Shown in pieces: positions 8,525 to 19,581 of a DNA stretch of 64,000 bases. The number at the start of each line of letters is the position of its first letter. The stretch's first letter is position 1. Origin of the DNA: Rhodospirillales bacterium (GTDB lineage: Bacteria; Pseudomonadota; Alphaproteobacteria; Rhodospirillales; 2-12-FULL-67-15); contig VGZQ01000003.1 of the NCBI GenBank assembly GCA_016872535.1, positions 9,856 through 73,855 on the forward strand. The letters run 5' to 3'. Both the position numbers and the translations under genes were made by a program. Under the pieces are notes generated by a model, which was not told where the DNA came from, did not search any database, and saw only the letters and a program-made list of their open reading frames with translations.

Positions 8525-9055
8525 TTACGGCATCTTCGATTGCAACTTTACGATCTTGCCGTCCACGGCGAACACGCCGTCGCCGCGATGATGGAGGATC
8601 TTTGGATTTTTCCGTTTCGGATCGATCCACGCCTTGACCGCTTCGAGCACGAACAGATTGTACTTCTTGACGAAGCCCGTATCGACCACCTTGCACTCGA
8701 TGTTGGCGAAGCATTCGGCGATCAGCGGCGGTTTCACGCGCTTGGCTTGAAGCGGCGTCAGGCCGAACTTCTTGAACTTGTCGATCGTGCGGCCCGAGCA
8801 ATTGCCGACCGCCACCATCTGGCGCGCGAGGTCGCGCGCGGGGATCGCGATCACGCATTCCTTGGTCGCGCGCAGGGCGGCGAAGCTGTGGTTGGCCTCG
8901 CTGACGATACAGGCGATCAGCGGCGGCTCGAATTCCATCGGCGTCAGCCACGACATGGTCATGACGTTGGCGCAGCCCTTGTGCGCGGTCGTCAGCAGGA
9001 CCACCGGACCCGGTTCGAGCAGTTGGTAGACCTTGGCGAGGGGGAGGGCTTTCAT
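8525..9055 (-). CDS. Flavin reductase-like (FMN-binding split-barrel) domain protein
   Basis: 176-aa ORF with GGAGG upstream of the ATG. Flavin_Reduct-like sequence (PVVLLTT...NVMTMSW...ACIV..NHSF..L). Confidence 0.75.
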   Translation of the reverse strand: MKALPLAKVYQLLEPGPVVLLTTAHKGCANVMTMSWLTPMEFEPPLIACIVSEANHSFAALRATKECVIAIPARDLARQMVAVGNCSGRTIDKFKKFGLTPLQAKRVKPPLIAECFANIECKVVDTGFVKKYNLFVLEAVKAWIDPKRKNPKILHHRGDGVFAVDGKIVKLQSKMP

Positions 9056-9132
9056 CGGGAGCCTCCACCGATGCGGATAGAGCTACAATTTTCATATATG
9101 GTTTGAGACGAAGCTGGGCGCTATACGGTATC

Positions 9133-9161
9133 TTGACAATATTCCTATTACCGGCTATATT
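9133..9161 (+). promoter_or_regulatory. Near-consensus sigma70-type promoter TTGACA-N17-TATATT with no obvious downstream gene
   Basis: TTGACA at 9133-9138, exact 17-nt spacer, TATATT at 9156-9161, read directly. It points toward the 3-prime end of the convergent SDR gene (stop at 9371). Confidence 0.35.
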
Positions 9162-9370
9162 TTCCGATAAAATAATCCCGCGTTCTTGGACAGGTGAATA
9201 GGTCTCAGATTTCTGGCGCGCGCCGGATGTCGCGCTTAGGACCGTTTTTCCGCCCGCGCCGCAAAAACGCCTACAAATGTCTACATGAATCGGGCTGTTT
9301 CGAAGGATATCAACGCGTTAAGCCCGATTTACCCGCTGTTAGCTTGGCGCAAGCGAGCGGAATGTGGGTG

Positions 9371-10096
9371 TCAACGTGGCGCGAGCCGCCCAAGTCGAAT
9401 GACCGTTCCGCTCTCCGGCGCGTCCGCCGCGCATATAAGTTCGACGATCGCCTCGGCCGCCGCTTTCGGCTTGGGCAGCCCCGACGGAGCTTCGCCGGGA
9501 AAAGCCTTGGCGCGCAGCGCCGTGCGCGTCGGGCCGGGGTCCACCAGGTGGACGCGCACCTTGGCGTGGGCCACCTCGGCGGCGTAACTGCGCACCATCG
9601 CCTCCAACGCGGCCTTGGCGGCGGCATACGGCCCCCAATAGGCCGCGTGCGCGCCCTCGGGCACCCCGCCGGTGAGAAAAATCGCGCAGGCTGAGGCGGA
9701 CGCGCGCAGCAGCGGATCGAGCGAGCGGATCAGGCGGTAGTTGGCGGTGAGGTCGATTGCGAGGGTGCGCTCGAAATCCTCCGGCTTGACATGGGGGAGC
9801 GGACTGAGCGGGCCGAGTTCGGCCGCGGCGGCGACCAGAAGGTCGAGTTTCTTGTGGCGTTGGAACAGGGCTGCGCCCAGCCGGTCGATGCCGGCGAAAT
9901 CGAGCAAGTCGAGCGGCACCAAGGTTACGGTTTTGCCGAGCGCGCGGATTTCGTCGTCGAGTTCCTCGAGCGCGCCCTGGGTGCGGGCGAGCGCGATCAC
10001 GTGCGCCCCTTCGCGCGCGCAGGCGAGCGCCGTCGCGCGGCCGATCCCGCGCGAGGCCCCGGTGACGAGGGCGATGCGGCCCTCGAGGCGTTTCAT
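9371..10096 (-). CDS. Short-chain dehydrogenase/reductase (SDR) family oxidoreductase
   Basis: 241-aa ORF with TGASRGIG Rossmann motif and YxxxK (YAAAK). Ends the purF operon-like run. Confidence 0.8.
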   Translation of the reverse strand: MKRLEGRIALVTGASRGIGRATALACAREGAHVIALARTQGALEELDDEIRALGKTVTLVPLDLLDFAGIDRLGAALFQRHKKLDLLVAAAAELGPLSPLPHVKPEDFERTLAIDLTANYRLIRSLDPLLRASASACAIFLTGGVPEGAHAAYWGPYAAAKAALEAMVRSYAAEVAHAKVRVHLVDPGPTRTALRAKAFPGEAPSGLPKPKAAAEAIVELICAADAPESGTVIRLGRLAPR

Positions 10097-10097
10097 G

Positions 10098-11564
10098 TCA
10101 GGCCCGCTCGGCCAGCAGCGACAGCTGCCTCGGCACGTCGCCTTCGTTCTGGTCGGAAAGGGCGATCGGGTATTCGCCGCTGAAGCAGGCGTCGCAATAC
10201 TGCGGCGCGTTCGACAGGCGGTGCGGCTCGCCGACCGCGCGGTAAAGTCCGTCGAGGGAAACGAACGCGAGCGAATCGGCGCCGATGAACCGACGCATGC
10301 CTTCGACGTCGTGGCGCGCGGCCAGCAGCTTGTCGCGCTCGGGCGTGTCGATGCCGTAGAAACAGGGGTGCGTGGTCGGCGGGCTGGAGATGCGCATGTG
10401 CACTTCGCTCGCGCCGGCGTTGCGGACCATTTCGACGATCTTGACCGAAGTGGTGCCGCGCACGATCGAATCGTCGACCAGGACGACGCGCTTGTCCTTG
10501 AGGTAGGCGGCGTTGGCGTTGTGCTTGAGCCGGACGCCCAGGTGGCGGATCTGGTCGGTCGGTTCGATGAAGGTGCGGCCGACGTAGTGGTTGCGGACGA
10601 TGCCGAGTTCGAACGGCACCCGCGACTGCTCGGCGTAGCCGATGGCGGCGGGCACGCCCGAATCCGGAACCGGCACCACCACGTCGGCGGACACGTGGCT
10701 TTCGCGCGCCAGCTCGCGGCCGATGCGCTTGCGCGTCTCGTAGACGTTGCGACCCTCGATCGAGCTGTCGGGGCGGGCGAAATAGACGTACTCGAAGATG
10801 CAGAAGCGGCGCGGCGCGCGGGCGAAGGGCTTGTAGCTCTTGAGTCCGTCCTTGTCGATCACCACGATCTCGCCGGGCTCGACGTCGCGCTCGTACGTCG
10901 CGCCGATGATGTCGAGGGCGCAGGTTTCGGAGGCGAGCACGTAAGCCGGGCCGAGCCGCCCCAGCACCAGCGGGCGCACCCCGTACGGGTCGCGCACGCC
11001 GATCAGCTTGGCGCGCGTCAGCGCGACCAGCGAGTAGGCGCCCTCGACCTGGCGGAGCGCGTCGATCATGCGGTCGACCACGCGCGCCTGGTCGCTGATG
11101 GCGATCAGGTGGACGATGGTCTCGGTGTCGGTGGTCGACTGGAAGATGCAGCCGCGCTGGACCAGCGCGCGCCGGAGGGTGTAGGCGTTGGTGAGGTTGC
11201 CGTTGTGGGCGATGGCCAATCCGCCGAAGGCGAAATCGGCGAACAGCGGCTGGACGTTGCGCAGTACCGTGTCGCCGGTGGTGGCGTAGCGGACGTGGCC
11301 GATGGCCATGTCGCCGACCAGGCGGCGAATGACCGATTCCTGGTCGAAATTGTCGCCGACCAGGCCGAGCGCGCGATGACTGTGGAAATGGGCGCCGTCG
11401 TAACTGACGACGCCGACCGCCTCCTGGCCGCGATGCTGGAGCGCGTGCAGGCCGAGCGCGGTGTGGGCGGCGGCGTCGGCGAGGCCGTAGATGCCGAACA
11501 GGCCGCACTCCTCCTTCGGATGATCGTCGTCGACCCGATCGGCGAAGGGGTGGTGTCGGATCAT
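10098..11564 (-). CDS. purF: Amidophosphoribosyltransferase
   Basis: 488-aa ORF. Ntn Cys after a short propeptide (EECGLFGIYG), PRTase motif VVLVDDSIVRGTT. Confidence 0.95.
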   Translation of the reverse strand: MIRHHPFADRVDDDHPKEECGLFGIYGLADAAAHTALGLHALQHRGQEAVGVVSYDGAHFHSHRALGLVGDNFDQESVIRRLVGDMAIGHVRYATTGDTVLRNVQPLFADFAFGGLAIAHNGNLTNAYTLRRALVQRGCIFQSTTDTETIVHLIAISDQARVVDRMIDALRQVEGAYSLVALTRAKLIGVRDPYGVRPLVLGRLGPAYVLASETCALDIIGATYERDVEPGEIVVIDKDGLKSYKPFARAPRRFCIFEYVYFARPDSSIEGRNVYETRKRIGRELARESHVSADVVVPVPDSGVPAAIGYAEQSRVPFELGIVRNHYVGRTFIEPTDQIRHLGVRLKHNANAAYLKDKRVVLVDDSIVRGTTSVKIVEMVRNAGASEVHMRISSPPTTHPCFYGIDTPERDKLLAARHDVEGMRRFIGADSLAFVSLDGLYRAVGEPHRLSNAPQYCDACFSGEYPIALSDQNEGDVPRQLSLLAERA

Positions 11565-11646
11565 GGAATTCCGGCGCCTACTACGTTTGGCGAAGCGTTC
11601 TTGTACTCCTCCGGGGGCGCTCTGTCACTCGCCTATGACCGTAGAG

Positions 11647-12310
11647 TTATTGGCGTTTTCCGGTGCTGTCGATCAGGCGCTGCATGTCCTGGCGCTCCTT
11701 CTCGGTATAGCCCTCCGGCGGGTCGCGGTCCGGGGCCTTGGGGCGGGGTTGCAGCAGATCGCGAATCGTGGGCTCGGGCGCCGCACCGTCGCCGGTTTTC
11801 GGCCGGCGCAGGCCGAGACGGTCGGCGGTCGAAGGCGGCAGCGCGCCGATCAGCAGGTTGGCGCCCGCGCCCATCCAGGGCGTCGTGCGCGCCTTGGCGA
11901 CCCATTCGGGCCGTTCCTTGGGCGGGACCGCCAGCATGTAGACGACGAAGGCGAGCACCGCGATCAGGGCGCCGCGCGCGAGCCCGAACAAAAAGCCGAG
12001 TGCGCGGTCGAGGGCGCCCAACGCGCTGTCCTTGACCCGGCGCGAAATCATGCGCGCAAGCAGGGAGAGGACGACCAGCGCGACCAGGAACAGCGCCGCG
12101 CCGGCGGCGATGTCCGCGAACAGGGCGTTGTCGATGAACTGGCGAAAGTACGGCTTGGCGTGGGGAAAGCCGTAGATCGCCGCCGCCGCCGCGCCGATCC
12201 AGCCGGTGATCGAGAGAACTTCGTGGACGAAGCCGCGGAAGTAGGCGAACCCGGCCGATACCAGCAGCAAGGCCGCGACCGCGAGATCGAGTCCGTTGAC
12301 GCCGGCCAAA

Positions 12311-12318
<8 letters not shown>
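11647..12318 (-). CDS. cvpA: CvpA family membrane protein (colicin V production protein homolog)
   Basis: 223-aa ORF with 4 TM segments, in the conserved cvpA-purF pairing. Overlaps the radA stop by 8 bp. Confidence 0.85.
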
Positions 12319-13717
<1,399 letters not shown>

Positions 13718-13729
13718 GACCCGCGCTCG

Positions 13730-14521
13730 TCAGGCCCTGACGGCCATCTTGATCGGGCCCTCGGCGCGGCCGTGCACGAATTGATCCACGTACGGATTGC
13801 CGGATGTGTCGACCGCGACGGGGGGGCCGTTCCAGATGATGCGGCCCTGGTGCAGCATGGCGATGCGGTGCGCGATCTTGCGCGCGCTGGCCATGTCGTG
13901 GGTGATGGAAAGGGCAGTGGCGCCGACCTCGCGCGTGGTCTTGACGATCAGGTCGTTGATGACGTCGGCCATGATCGGATCGAGGCCGGTGGTCGGCTCG
14001 TCGAAGAAAATGATTTCGGGATCGGAGGCGATGGCGCGGGCGAGCGCGACGCGCTTCTGCATGCCGCCCGAAAGCTCGGCGGGCGAAAGCTGGCCGACCT
14101 CGGCGCCGAGCCCGACCTGGGCGAGCTTGGCGACGGCAATCTCGCGCGCGCGCGCGCGGTTGACCTTCTTCTGGGCGAGCAGGCCGAAGGCGACGTTTTC
14201 CCACACCGGCAGGCTGTCGAACAGGGCCGCGCCCTGGAACAGCATGCCAAACTTGCGGTTGATGCGCTCGCGCCCGTCGGCGTCGATACCGACCACTTCC
14301 TCGCCGTCGACCTCGATGCTGCCGGAATCGGGCTGCAGGATGCCGAGCACGCTCTTGATCAGCACCGACTTGCCGGTGCCCGAGCCGCCGATCACGACGA
14401 GCGATTCGCCGACGCCGACGTCGAGATCGATGCCGTCGAGCACCACCTTGCGCCCGAACGCCTTCTTCAGGCCGCGAATGCGGATCTTCGGTCGGGCGGG
14501 GGTGGCGGCGCGGTCGCTCAT
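13730..14521 (-). CDS. MlaF-type ABC transporter ATP-binding protein
   Basis: Start at ATG 14521 overlaps the upstream permease stop (ATGA). Walker A GGSGTGKSV, LSGGMQKRVALARA, IIFFDEPTTGLDP. Confidence 0.8.
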   Translation of the reverse strand: MSDRAATPARPKIRIRGLKKAFGRKVVLDGIDLDVGVGESLVVIGGSGTGKSVLIKSVLGILQPDSGSIEVDGEEVVGIDADGRERINRKFGMLFQGAALFDSLPVWENVAFGLLAQKKVNRARAREIAVAKLAQVGLGAEVGQLSPAELSGGMQKRVALARAIASDPEIIFFDEPTTGLDPIMADVINDLIVKTTREVGATALSITHDMASARKIAHRIAMLHQGRIIWNGPPVAVDTSGNPYVDQFVHGRAEGPIKMAVRA

Positions 14522-15294
14522 TTTCCGGCGAAGAACATTTCGGTCAGGATGTAGTCGAAGCAGAGGATCAGGATCGAGGCGGCGACCACGGCGTTGGTGG
14601 TGGCGGCGCCGACTCCCTGCGCGCCGCCCTTCGACGTGTAGCCGTGATAGCAACCCATCAGGGTGACGATGAAGCCGAACACGCCGGCCTTGACCAGCCC
14701 CGAGATCACGTCCTCGGCCTCCATGAAATCCCAAGTGCTTTGCAGGTAATTGGCGGGGTTGAAGCCGAGCTTGTAGGTGGCGACCAGGAATCCGCCGAGC
14801 ACGCCGATGATGTCGGCGATCAGCACCAGAATCGGCAGCATGGCGACGCCGGCGATCAGGCGCGGCGCGACCAGGTACTTCATCGGGTTGGTGGAGAGCG
14901 TGGTCAGCGCGTCGATCTGCTCGGTCACGCGCATGGTGCCGATCTCGGCGGCCATGGCGGCGCCAACCCGGCCCGCGACCATCAATCCGGCGAGCACCGG
15001 CCCCAGTTCGCGGGTGACGGCGACGACGACGACGTTGGCGATCGCCGCCTCGGCCGAGAAGCGGGCGAAGCCGGTGTAACTCTGCAGCGCCAGCACCATG
15101 CCGGTGAAAATCGCGGTCAGGCCGACCACCGGCAGCGAAAAGTAACCGATCTCCACCATCTGGCGGACGATCATGCGGCCATAGAAGGGCGGGCGAAAGC
15201 AATGGACGACGCCCGCGAGCGCGAACAGCGTGAGGCGCCCGGCGGTGGCGAGAAAGTCGAGAAAGACATGACCGATCGGCTGGAGGAAATTCAC
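14518..15294 (-). CDS. MlaE-type ABC transporter permease
   Basis: Permease with the conserved RQMVEIGYFSLPVVGLTAIFTGMVLALQ block. I prefer GTG 15294, which makes a GTGA overlap with the alr stop, over the track's TTG at 15315. Confidence 0.8.
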   Translation of the reverse strand: MNFLQPIGHVFLDFLATAGRLTLFALAGVVHCFRPPFYGRMIVRQMVEIGYFSLPVVGLTAIFTGMVLALQSYTGFARFSAEAAIANVVVVAVTRELGPVLAGLMVAGRVGAAMAAEIGTMRVTEQIDALTTLSTNPMKYLVAPRLIAGVAMLPILVLIADIIGVLGGFLVATYKLGFNPANYLQSTWDFMEAEDVISGLVKAGVFGFIVTLMGCYHGYTSKGGAQGVGAATTNAVVAASILILCFDYILTEMFFAGK

Positions 15295-16427
15295 GGCGCG
15301 TCGCCTTCCAGCCAAACGCGATGGGCGCGGTGCCCCAGCCGGGTCAGCAGTTCGTAGCCGATGGTGCCGGCCGCGGCCGCCACGTCGTCGAGCGGGTTAT
15401 GGGGGCCGATCAGGTCGACGAGGGTCCCCGGCCGGGCGAGTTCTTCGGGCAGACCGGATACGTCGATGGTCGTCAAGTCCATGGAGACCCGTCCCACCAC
15501 GGCGGCCCGGTGTTCGCCGATATAGCAGATTCCGGCGTTGCTCAACGCGCGCGGATAACCGTCGGCGTAGCCGGCGGCGATGGTGGCGATCCGACTCGGC
15601 CGGGCGAAGCGGTGCGTCGCACCATAACCAACGGTCTCGGCAGCGTCAACGTCGCGCACTTGCAGGACTTTGGCCTGCACGCGCACCACCTGCGCCATCG
15701 GATTGGGCTCGCCCGGCACCGGCGCGATGCCGTAAAGCGCGGCGCCGGGGCGCGCCATGTCGAAGTGATATTCAGGGGCAAGAAAAATGCCGGACGAATT
15801 GGCGAGCGACACCGACGGGGCGATGCCGGTGGTGGCGAGCCGGGACTTGGCGGCGATGAACTGGGCGAGCTGCTTGGCGTTGAGCGGATGATGGGGCTCG
15901 TCGGCGCAGGCGAGGTGGCTGAGAAAAAGCCGCACGTCGATCCCGGCCAGGCGATCGGGCTCGCTGGCGAGCGTCGCGACTTCGGCCGGCGTCAGCCCCA
16001 GCCGGCGCATGCCGGTGTCGGCGTGCAGCGCGGCGGGAAGCTTGCGTCCCCGGCCGCGGGCGAACGCCGACCAGAGGGCGACGTCGCCGAGCGTATTGAG
16101 TACAGGGATTACGCCCGCGTCGGCGATCGCGGCTTCGTTGCCGGCAAGCGGCGGCGCCAGAACGTAGACCGCACATCCCGCCAACGCGGGCGCGAGACCG
16201 AGTCCCTCGTCGAGGGTCACGACGAAGAACGTCCGGCAGCCGGCCTTGGCCAGCGCGGGCGCGACCCGCGAGGCCCCCAGGCCGTAGGCATCGGCCTTGA
16301 CCACCGCGGCGCATTCGGCGCCCGGCGCGAGGCGCGACCGCAACGTTCGCCAGTTGCCGGCGACGGCGCCGAGGTCGATGGTGACGATGGCGCCCGCGGT
16401 TGCCGGCGTGGTCGCGTGCGTCGTCAT
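15291..16427 (-). CDS. alr: Alanine racemase
   Basis: 378 aa from ATG 16427. PLP-Lys motif AVVKADAYGLG and C-terminal YGxxxR/GYELLT blocks. The rest of the 900-aa track ORF upstream is an out-of-frame artefact over dnaB. Confidence 0.9.
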   Translation of the reverse strand: MTTHATTPATAGAIVTIDLGAVAGNWRTLRSRLAPGAECAAVVKADAYGLGASRVAPALAKAGCRTFFVVTLDEGLGLAPALAGCAVYVLAPPLAGNEAAIADAGVIPVLNTLGDVALWSAFARGRGRKLPAALHADTGMRRLGLTPAEVATLASEPDRLAGIDVRLFLSHLACADEPHHPLNAKQLAQFIAAKSRLATTGIAPSVSLANSSGIFLAPEYHFDMARPGAALYGIAPVPGEPNPMAQVVRVQAKVLQVRDVDAAETVGYGATHRFARPSRIATIAAGYADGYPRALSNAGICYIGEHRAAVVGRVSMDLTTIDVSGLPEELARPGTLVDLIGPHNPLDDVAAAAGTIGYELLTRLGHRAHRVWLEGDAP

Positions 16428-16456
16428 GGGCCGCTGTCCCCTTGCTCCGGCCCGGA

Positions 16457-17956
16457 TCAGGCTTCGGGCGAATGCTCGCGGTCGAGGTCGCCGAACCGGG
16501 TGAAGCGGCCCTGGAACATCAATTCCACCGTGCCGACGGGGCCGTGGCGCTGCTTGGCGACGATAATCTCGGCAAGGTTGCGGACTCGTTCCATGCGCTC
16601 TTCCCACTTGATGTGGCGTTCGGCGAACTTGGAGGAATCCTCGTCGTCGCGCTGGGTCGGCTTGCGCAGGTTGACGTAATATTCTTCGCGGAAGATGAAC
16701 ATGACCAGGTCCGCGTCCTGCTCGATCGAGCCGGATTCGCGCAAATCGGCGAGTTGCGGCTTCTTGTCGTCGCGGGCTTCGACCTGGCGCGAGAGCTGCG
16801 ACAGCGCCAGCACCGGCACGTTCAATTCCTTGGCCAGGACCTTGAGGCCGCGCGTGATCTCGGACACTTCCTGCACGCGATTGTCGGGGCGCGCCGCTGC
16901 GCCGCCGGAGATCAATTGCAAGTAGTCGACCACGATCAGGCCGAGATTGTGCTGGCGCTTCAGCCGCCGCGCGCGGGTGCGCAGCGCGCTTACCGTCAAG
17001 CCGGGCGTGTCGTCGATAAAAATGGGCATCCGGTTGATTTCCGGCGCGATGGCGGCGAGCCGGTCGAATTCCTCGTTCGACAACTGGCCCTTGCGCATGG
17101 CGTCGGACGAAATATTGGTGGCTTCCGACAGGATACGCGCGGCCAATTGCTCGGACGACATTTCGAGGGAGAAGAAGCCGACCACCGCGCCCTCGGCGCC
17201 TTTGGACCGGATAAAGGCGCTCGCCGTATTGAAGGCGATGTTGGTGGCGAGGGCGGTTTTGCCCATGGCCGGGCGTCCGGCGAGAATGACGAGATCGGAC
17301 GGATGCAGGCCGCCCAGCAACTGGTCGAGGTCGCGAAAGCCCGTGGTGACGCCGGCGAGCTTGCCTTCGCGCTTGTGGGCGCGCTCGGCCATTTCGAGCG
17401 CCTTTTCGAGCGAGCGCGAGAACGCCTCGAAGCCGCGCTCGTACTCGCCGGTGGTGGCGAGGTCGTAGAGGCGCTGCTCGGCCTGTTCGATCTGGGTGCT
17501 GGCGGTGCGGTCGACCTCGGCGGCGAAGGCGTCGTTGACCATGTCCTCGCCGATGCCGATCAACTCGCGCCGCAGGTGCAAATCGTGGATCAGGCGGCCG
17601 TATTCGCCGGCGTTGATGACGGTGGTGGCGCTTTCGGCCAGCTCCATCAGGTAGGCAGGCCCGCCGATCTCGGCCAGCGCCTGCTCCTGCTCGAAATAGC
17701 GCCGGAGCGTGACCGGATCGGCGATCTGGCCGCGCTCGATCAACAGGCCGATGGCGGCGTAAATGCGCCCGTGCTGCGGAATCGCGAAATGCTCGGGCCG
17801 GAGGAATTCGGACACGCGCTCGAAGGCGCGGTTGTTGACGAAAACCGCGCCAAGCAGGGCCTTTTCGGCCGGAATGTTGTGGGGCGGCTGGCGGCGCGCG
17901 ATCTCGGATGAATCGTCGCGGAGCGCCGGCAGCGCGGCGGAAAGGGCGATCGGCAT
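16457..17956 (-). CDS. dnaB: Replicative DNA helicase DnaB
   Basis: 499-aa ORF. PPHNIPAEKALLG N-domain, Walker A GRPAMGKTA, VVDYLQL, SQLSR motifs. Confidence 0.95.
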   Translation of the reverse strand: MPIALSAALPALRDDSSEIARRQPPHNIPAEKALLGAVFVNNRAFERVSEFLRPEHFAIPQHGRIYAAIGLLIERGQIADPVTLRRYFEQEQALAEIGGPAYLMELAESATTVINAGEYGRLIHDLHLRRELIGIGEDMVNDAFAAEVDRTASTQIEQAEQRLYDLATTGEYERGFEAFSRSLEKALEMAERAHKREGKLAGVTTGFRDLDQLLGGLHPSDLVILAGRPAMGKTALATNIAFNTASAFIRSKGAEGAVVGFFSLEMSSEQLAARILSEATNISSDAMRKGQLSNEEFDRLAAIAPEINRMPIFIDDTPGLTVSALRTRARRLKRQHNLGLIVVDYLQLISGGAAARPDNRVQEVSEITRGLKVLAKELNVPVLALSQLSRQVEARDDKKPQLADLRESGSIEQDADLVMFIFREEYYVNLRKPTQRDDEDSSKFAERHIKWEERMERVRNLAEIIVAKQRHGPVGTVELMFQGRFTRFGDLDREHSPEA

Positions 17957-18065
17957 GGCGGCGAATAAACACCTCGGCGCGTCGCAATCTCAACGCGCGC
18001 AGGTCTGTTAGAAATGTGTATAACGGGGACAGGCGGTGAAAAACAGGACTTGACTTCTGTCGTGC

Positions 18066-18083
18066 GAAAAGCCGCGCCGGCCT
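18066..18083 (-). terminator. Weak hairpin + U4 just after the cfa stop
   Basis: Minus strand reads GGCCG-gcg-CGGCT followed by TTTT, 8 nt after the stop at 18090. The stem is short (4-5 bp). Confidence 0.25.
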
Positions 18084-18089
18084 TAGCTC

Positions 18090-19340
18090 TCAAGCCGCCC
18101 GCGGATCGCTTTGCCGGGGCATCAGCCGGAGCTTCGGGCCCGAATCGGGACCGTAGAGGTAGTCGCGCACCAACGGCACCGCGTCCCGGCGCTTCGCCAT
18201 TTGCACCTGGAACACGACGGAATCGAGGTGCCGGAAGGAAACCTCGCTGATGGCGAGGTAAAATTCCCACATCCGACAGAACCTTTCGTCGTAGATCGCC
18301 GCCGCGCGCGCGCGGTTGGCCAGGAAGCGCCGCCGCCAATGGCGCAGCGTTTCGGCATAATGCAACCGAAGGATCTCGACGTCGGTGGTCTCGATGCCCG
18401 TGTGTTCGACCGCGCGGGCGATCTCCGACAGCGCCGGGATGTAGCCCCCGGGAAAGATGTATTTGCGGATCCAGGGGTCGGTGCGGCCCGGCCGCTGGGT
18501 GCGCCCGATGGTGTGAAGCAGAGCGATCCCGTCCGGGGTCAACCGATCGCGGATTTGGGCGAAAAATTGCCGATAGTGATTGACGCCGACATGTTCGAAC
18601 ATGCCGACCGAAACGATCCGATCGTAAATGCCGGTTTCATCGCGGTAGTCGCGCAACGCAAAACGGACCCGGTTGGCGAGGCCTTCGCGCCGGGCGCGCG
18701 CCTCGGCATAGGCGAGCTGTTCGGACGACAACGTAAGGCCGGTCACCTCGACGCCGTGCTCGCGGGCGAGATGAAGCGCGAGTCCTCCCCAACCCGAGCC
18801 GATATCGAGAACTTTCTGACCCGGCTTGAGCAGAAGCTTGGCGGCGATGTGGCGTTTCTTGTCGATCTGGGCCGTTTCCAGGTCTTCTCCGCCGGTTCGG
18901 AAATATGCGCAACTGTATTGCCGGTCGGAATCGAGGAAGAGTTCGTACAGCTCGCCCGACAAATCGTAGTGGTGAGCGACATTGGCGCGGGCTTTTGTGA
19001 TCGGATTGAACTGATCGAAACGGCGGAACAGGCGCTCGATGGCAATCCGCGCGCGGTTGAAGGGGTGCAATCCCACCCGGCCGACGTTGAGGCACAACAA
19101 ATCGAGCAGGTTGTAAAGACTACCGCCGTTTTCGATGGTGAGCGTGCCGTCGGTGTAAGCTTCGCCGAGGGCGAGACTCGGGTTGAAAAACAGCCGACGC
19201 GGCAACGCGGGGTCGTGCAGGCGAATGGCGACCGCCGGTCCGGGCGCGCCGGAAAATACATGACGGCCTCCACCCGCGTCGGTCACTGTCAACGTGCCGA
19301 CGCGGATCAGGTGGGTGAGCAGCCTCGACAGCAAGAACAT
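18090..19340 (-). CDS. cfa: Cyclopropane-fatty-acyl-phospholipid synthase family SAM-dependent methyltransferase
   Basis: 416-aa ORF. CMAS-family blocks HYDLSGELYELFLD, SCAYF, VLDIGSGWGGLA, FEHVG. Confidence 0.85.
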   Translation of the reverse strand: MFLLSRLLTHLIRVGTLTVTDAGGGRHVFSGAPGPAVAIRLHDPALPRRLFFNPSLALGEAYTDGTLTIENGGSLYNLLDLLCLNVGRVGLHPFNRARIAIERLFRRFDQFNPITKARANVAHHYDLSGELYELFLDSDRQYSCAYFRTGGEDLETAQIDKKRHIAAKLLLKPGQKVLDIGSGWGGLALHLAREHGVEVTGLTLSSEQLAYAEARARREGLANRVRFALRDYRDETGIYDRIVSVGMFEHVGVNHYRQFFAQIRDRLTPDGIALLHTIGRTQRPGRTDPWIRKYIFPGGYIPALSEIARAVEHTGIETTDVEILRLHYAETLRHWRRRFLANRARAAAIYDERFCRMWEFYLAISEVSFRHLDSVVFQVQMAKRRDAVPLVRDYLYGPDSGPKLRLMPRQSDPRAA

Positions 19341-19581
19341 GGCGAATCCCTCGGGCCACGGCCGCGCTTAGTCGTTCGAGCAAGTCCTACGTTGTTTTTT
19401 TGGCACGCGATCTATTCCCGGGCCATTTTCCGAGATAGGCGGCCCACCAATATTAGGCGAAATACGAATAAGGAAGAACCCGGGAAAAGGTTCAAATAAA
19501 CCCGGGCATTAAAGACCGAGAAGGAGAGTCAGGTTTGGCGCGGGACCGGCGGAAATCCGGCGGGCGGGTCGGCAACCGGGG

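Noticed and set aside
9194-9694. Plus-strand ORFs 9194..9694 and 9285..9587 downstream of the orphan promoter
   Set aside because: Most of their length is antisense to the SDR gene. The translations are Arg-rich nonsense and neither has an SD. I kept only the promoter as an observation.
9741-12035. 764-aa plus-strand ORF opposite SDR, purF and cvpA
   Set aside because: Antisense shadow ORF in high-GC DNA. The sequence is R/A/G/D-rich and it crosses intergenic gaps, while the opposite-strand genes have unambiguous motifs.
16428-17993. Upstream 520 codons of the 900-aa ORF 15291..17993
   Set aside because: Only the last 378 codons (alr) show homology-like motifs. The upstream part is an alternative frame over dnaB, which has its own clear ORF at 16457..17956.
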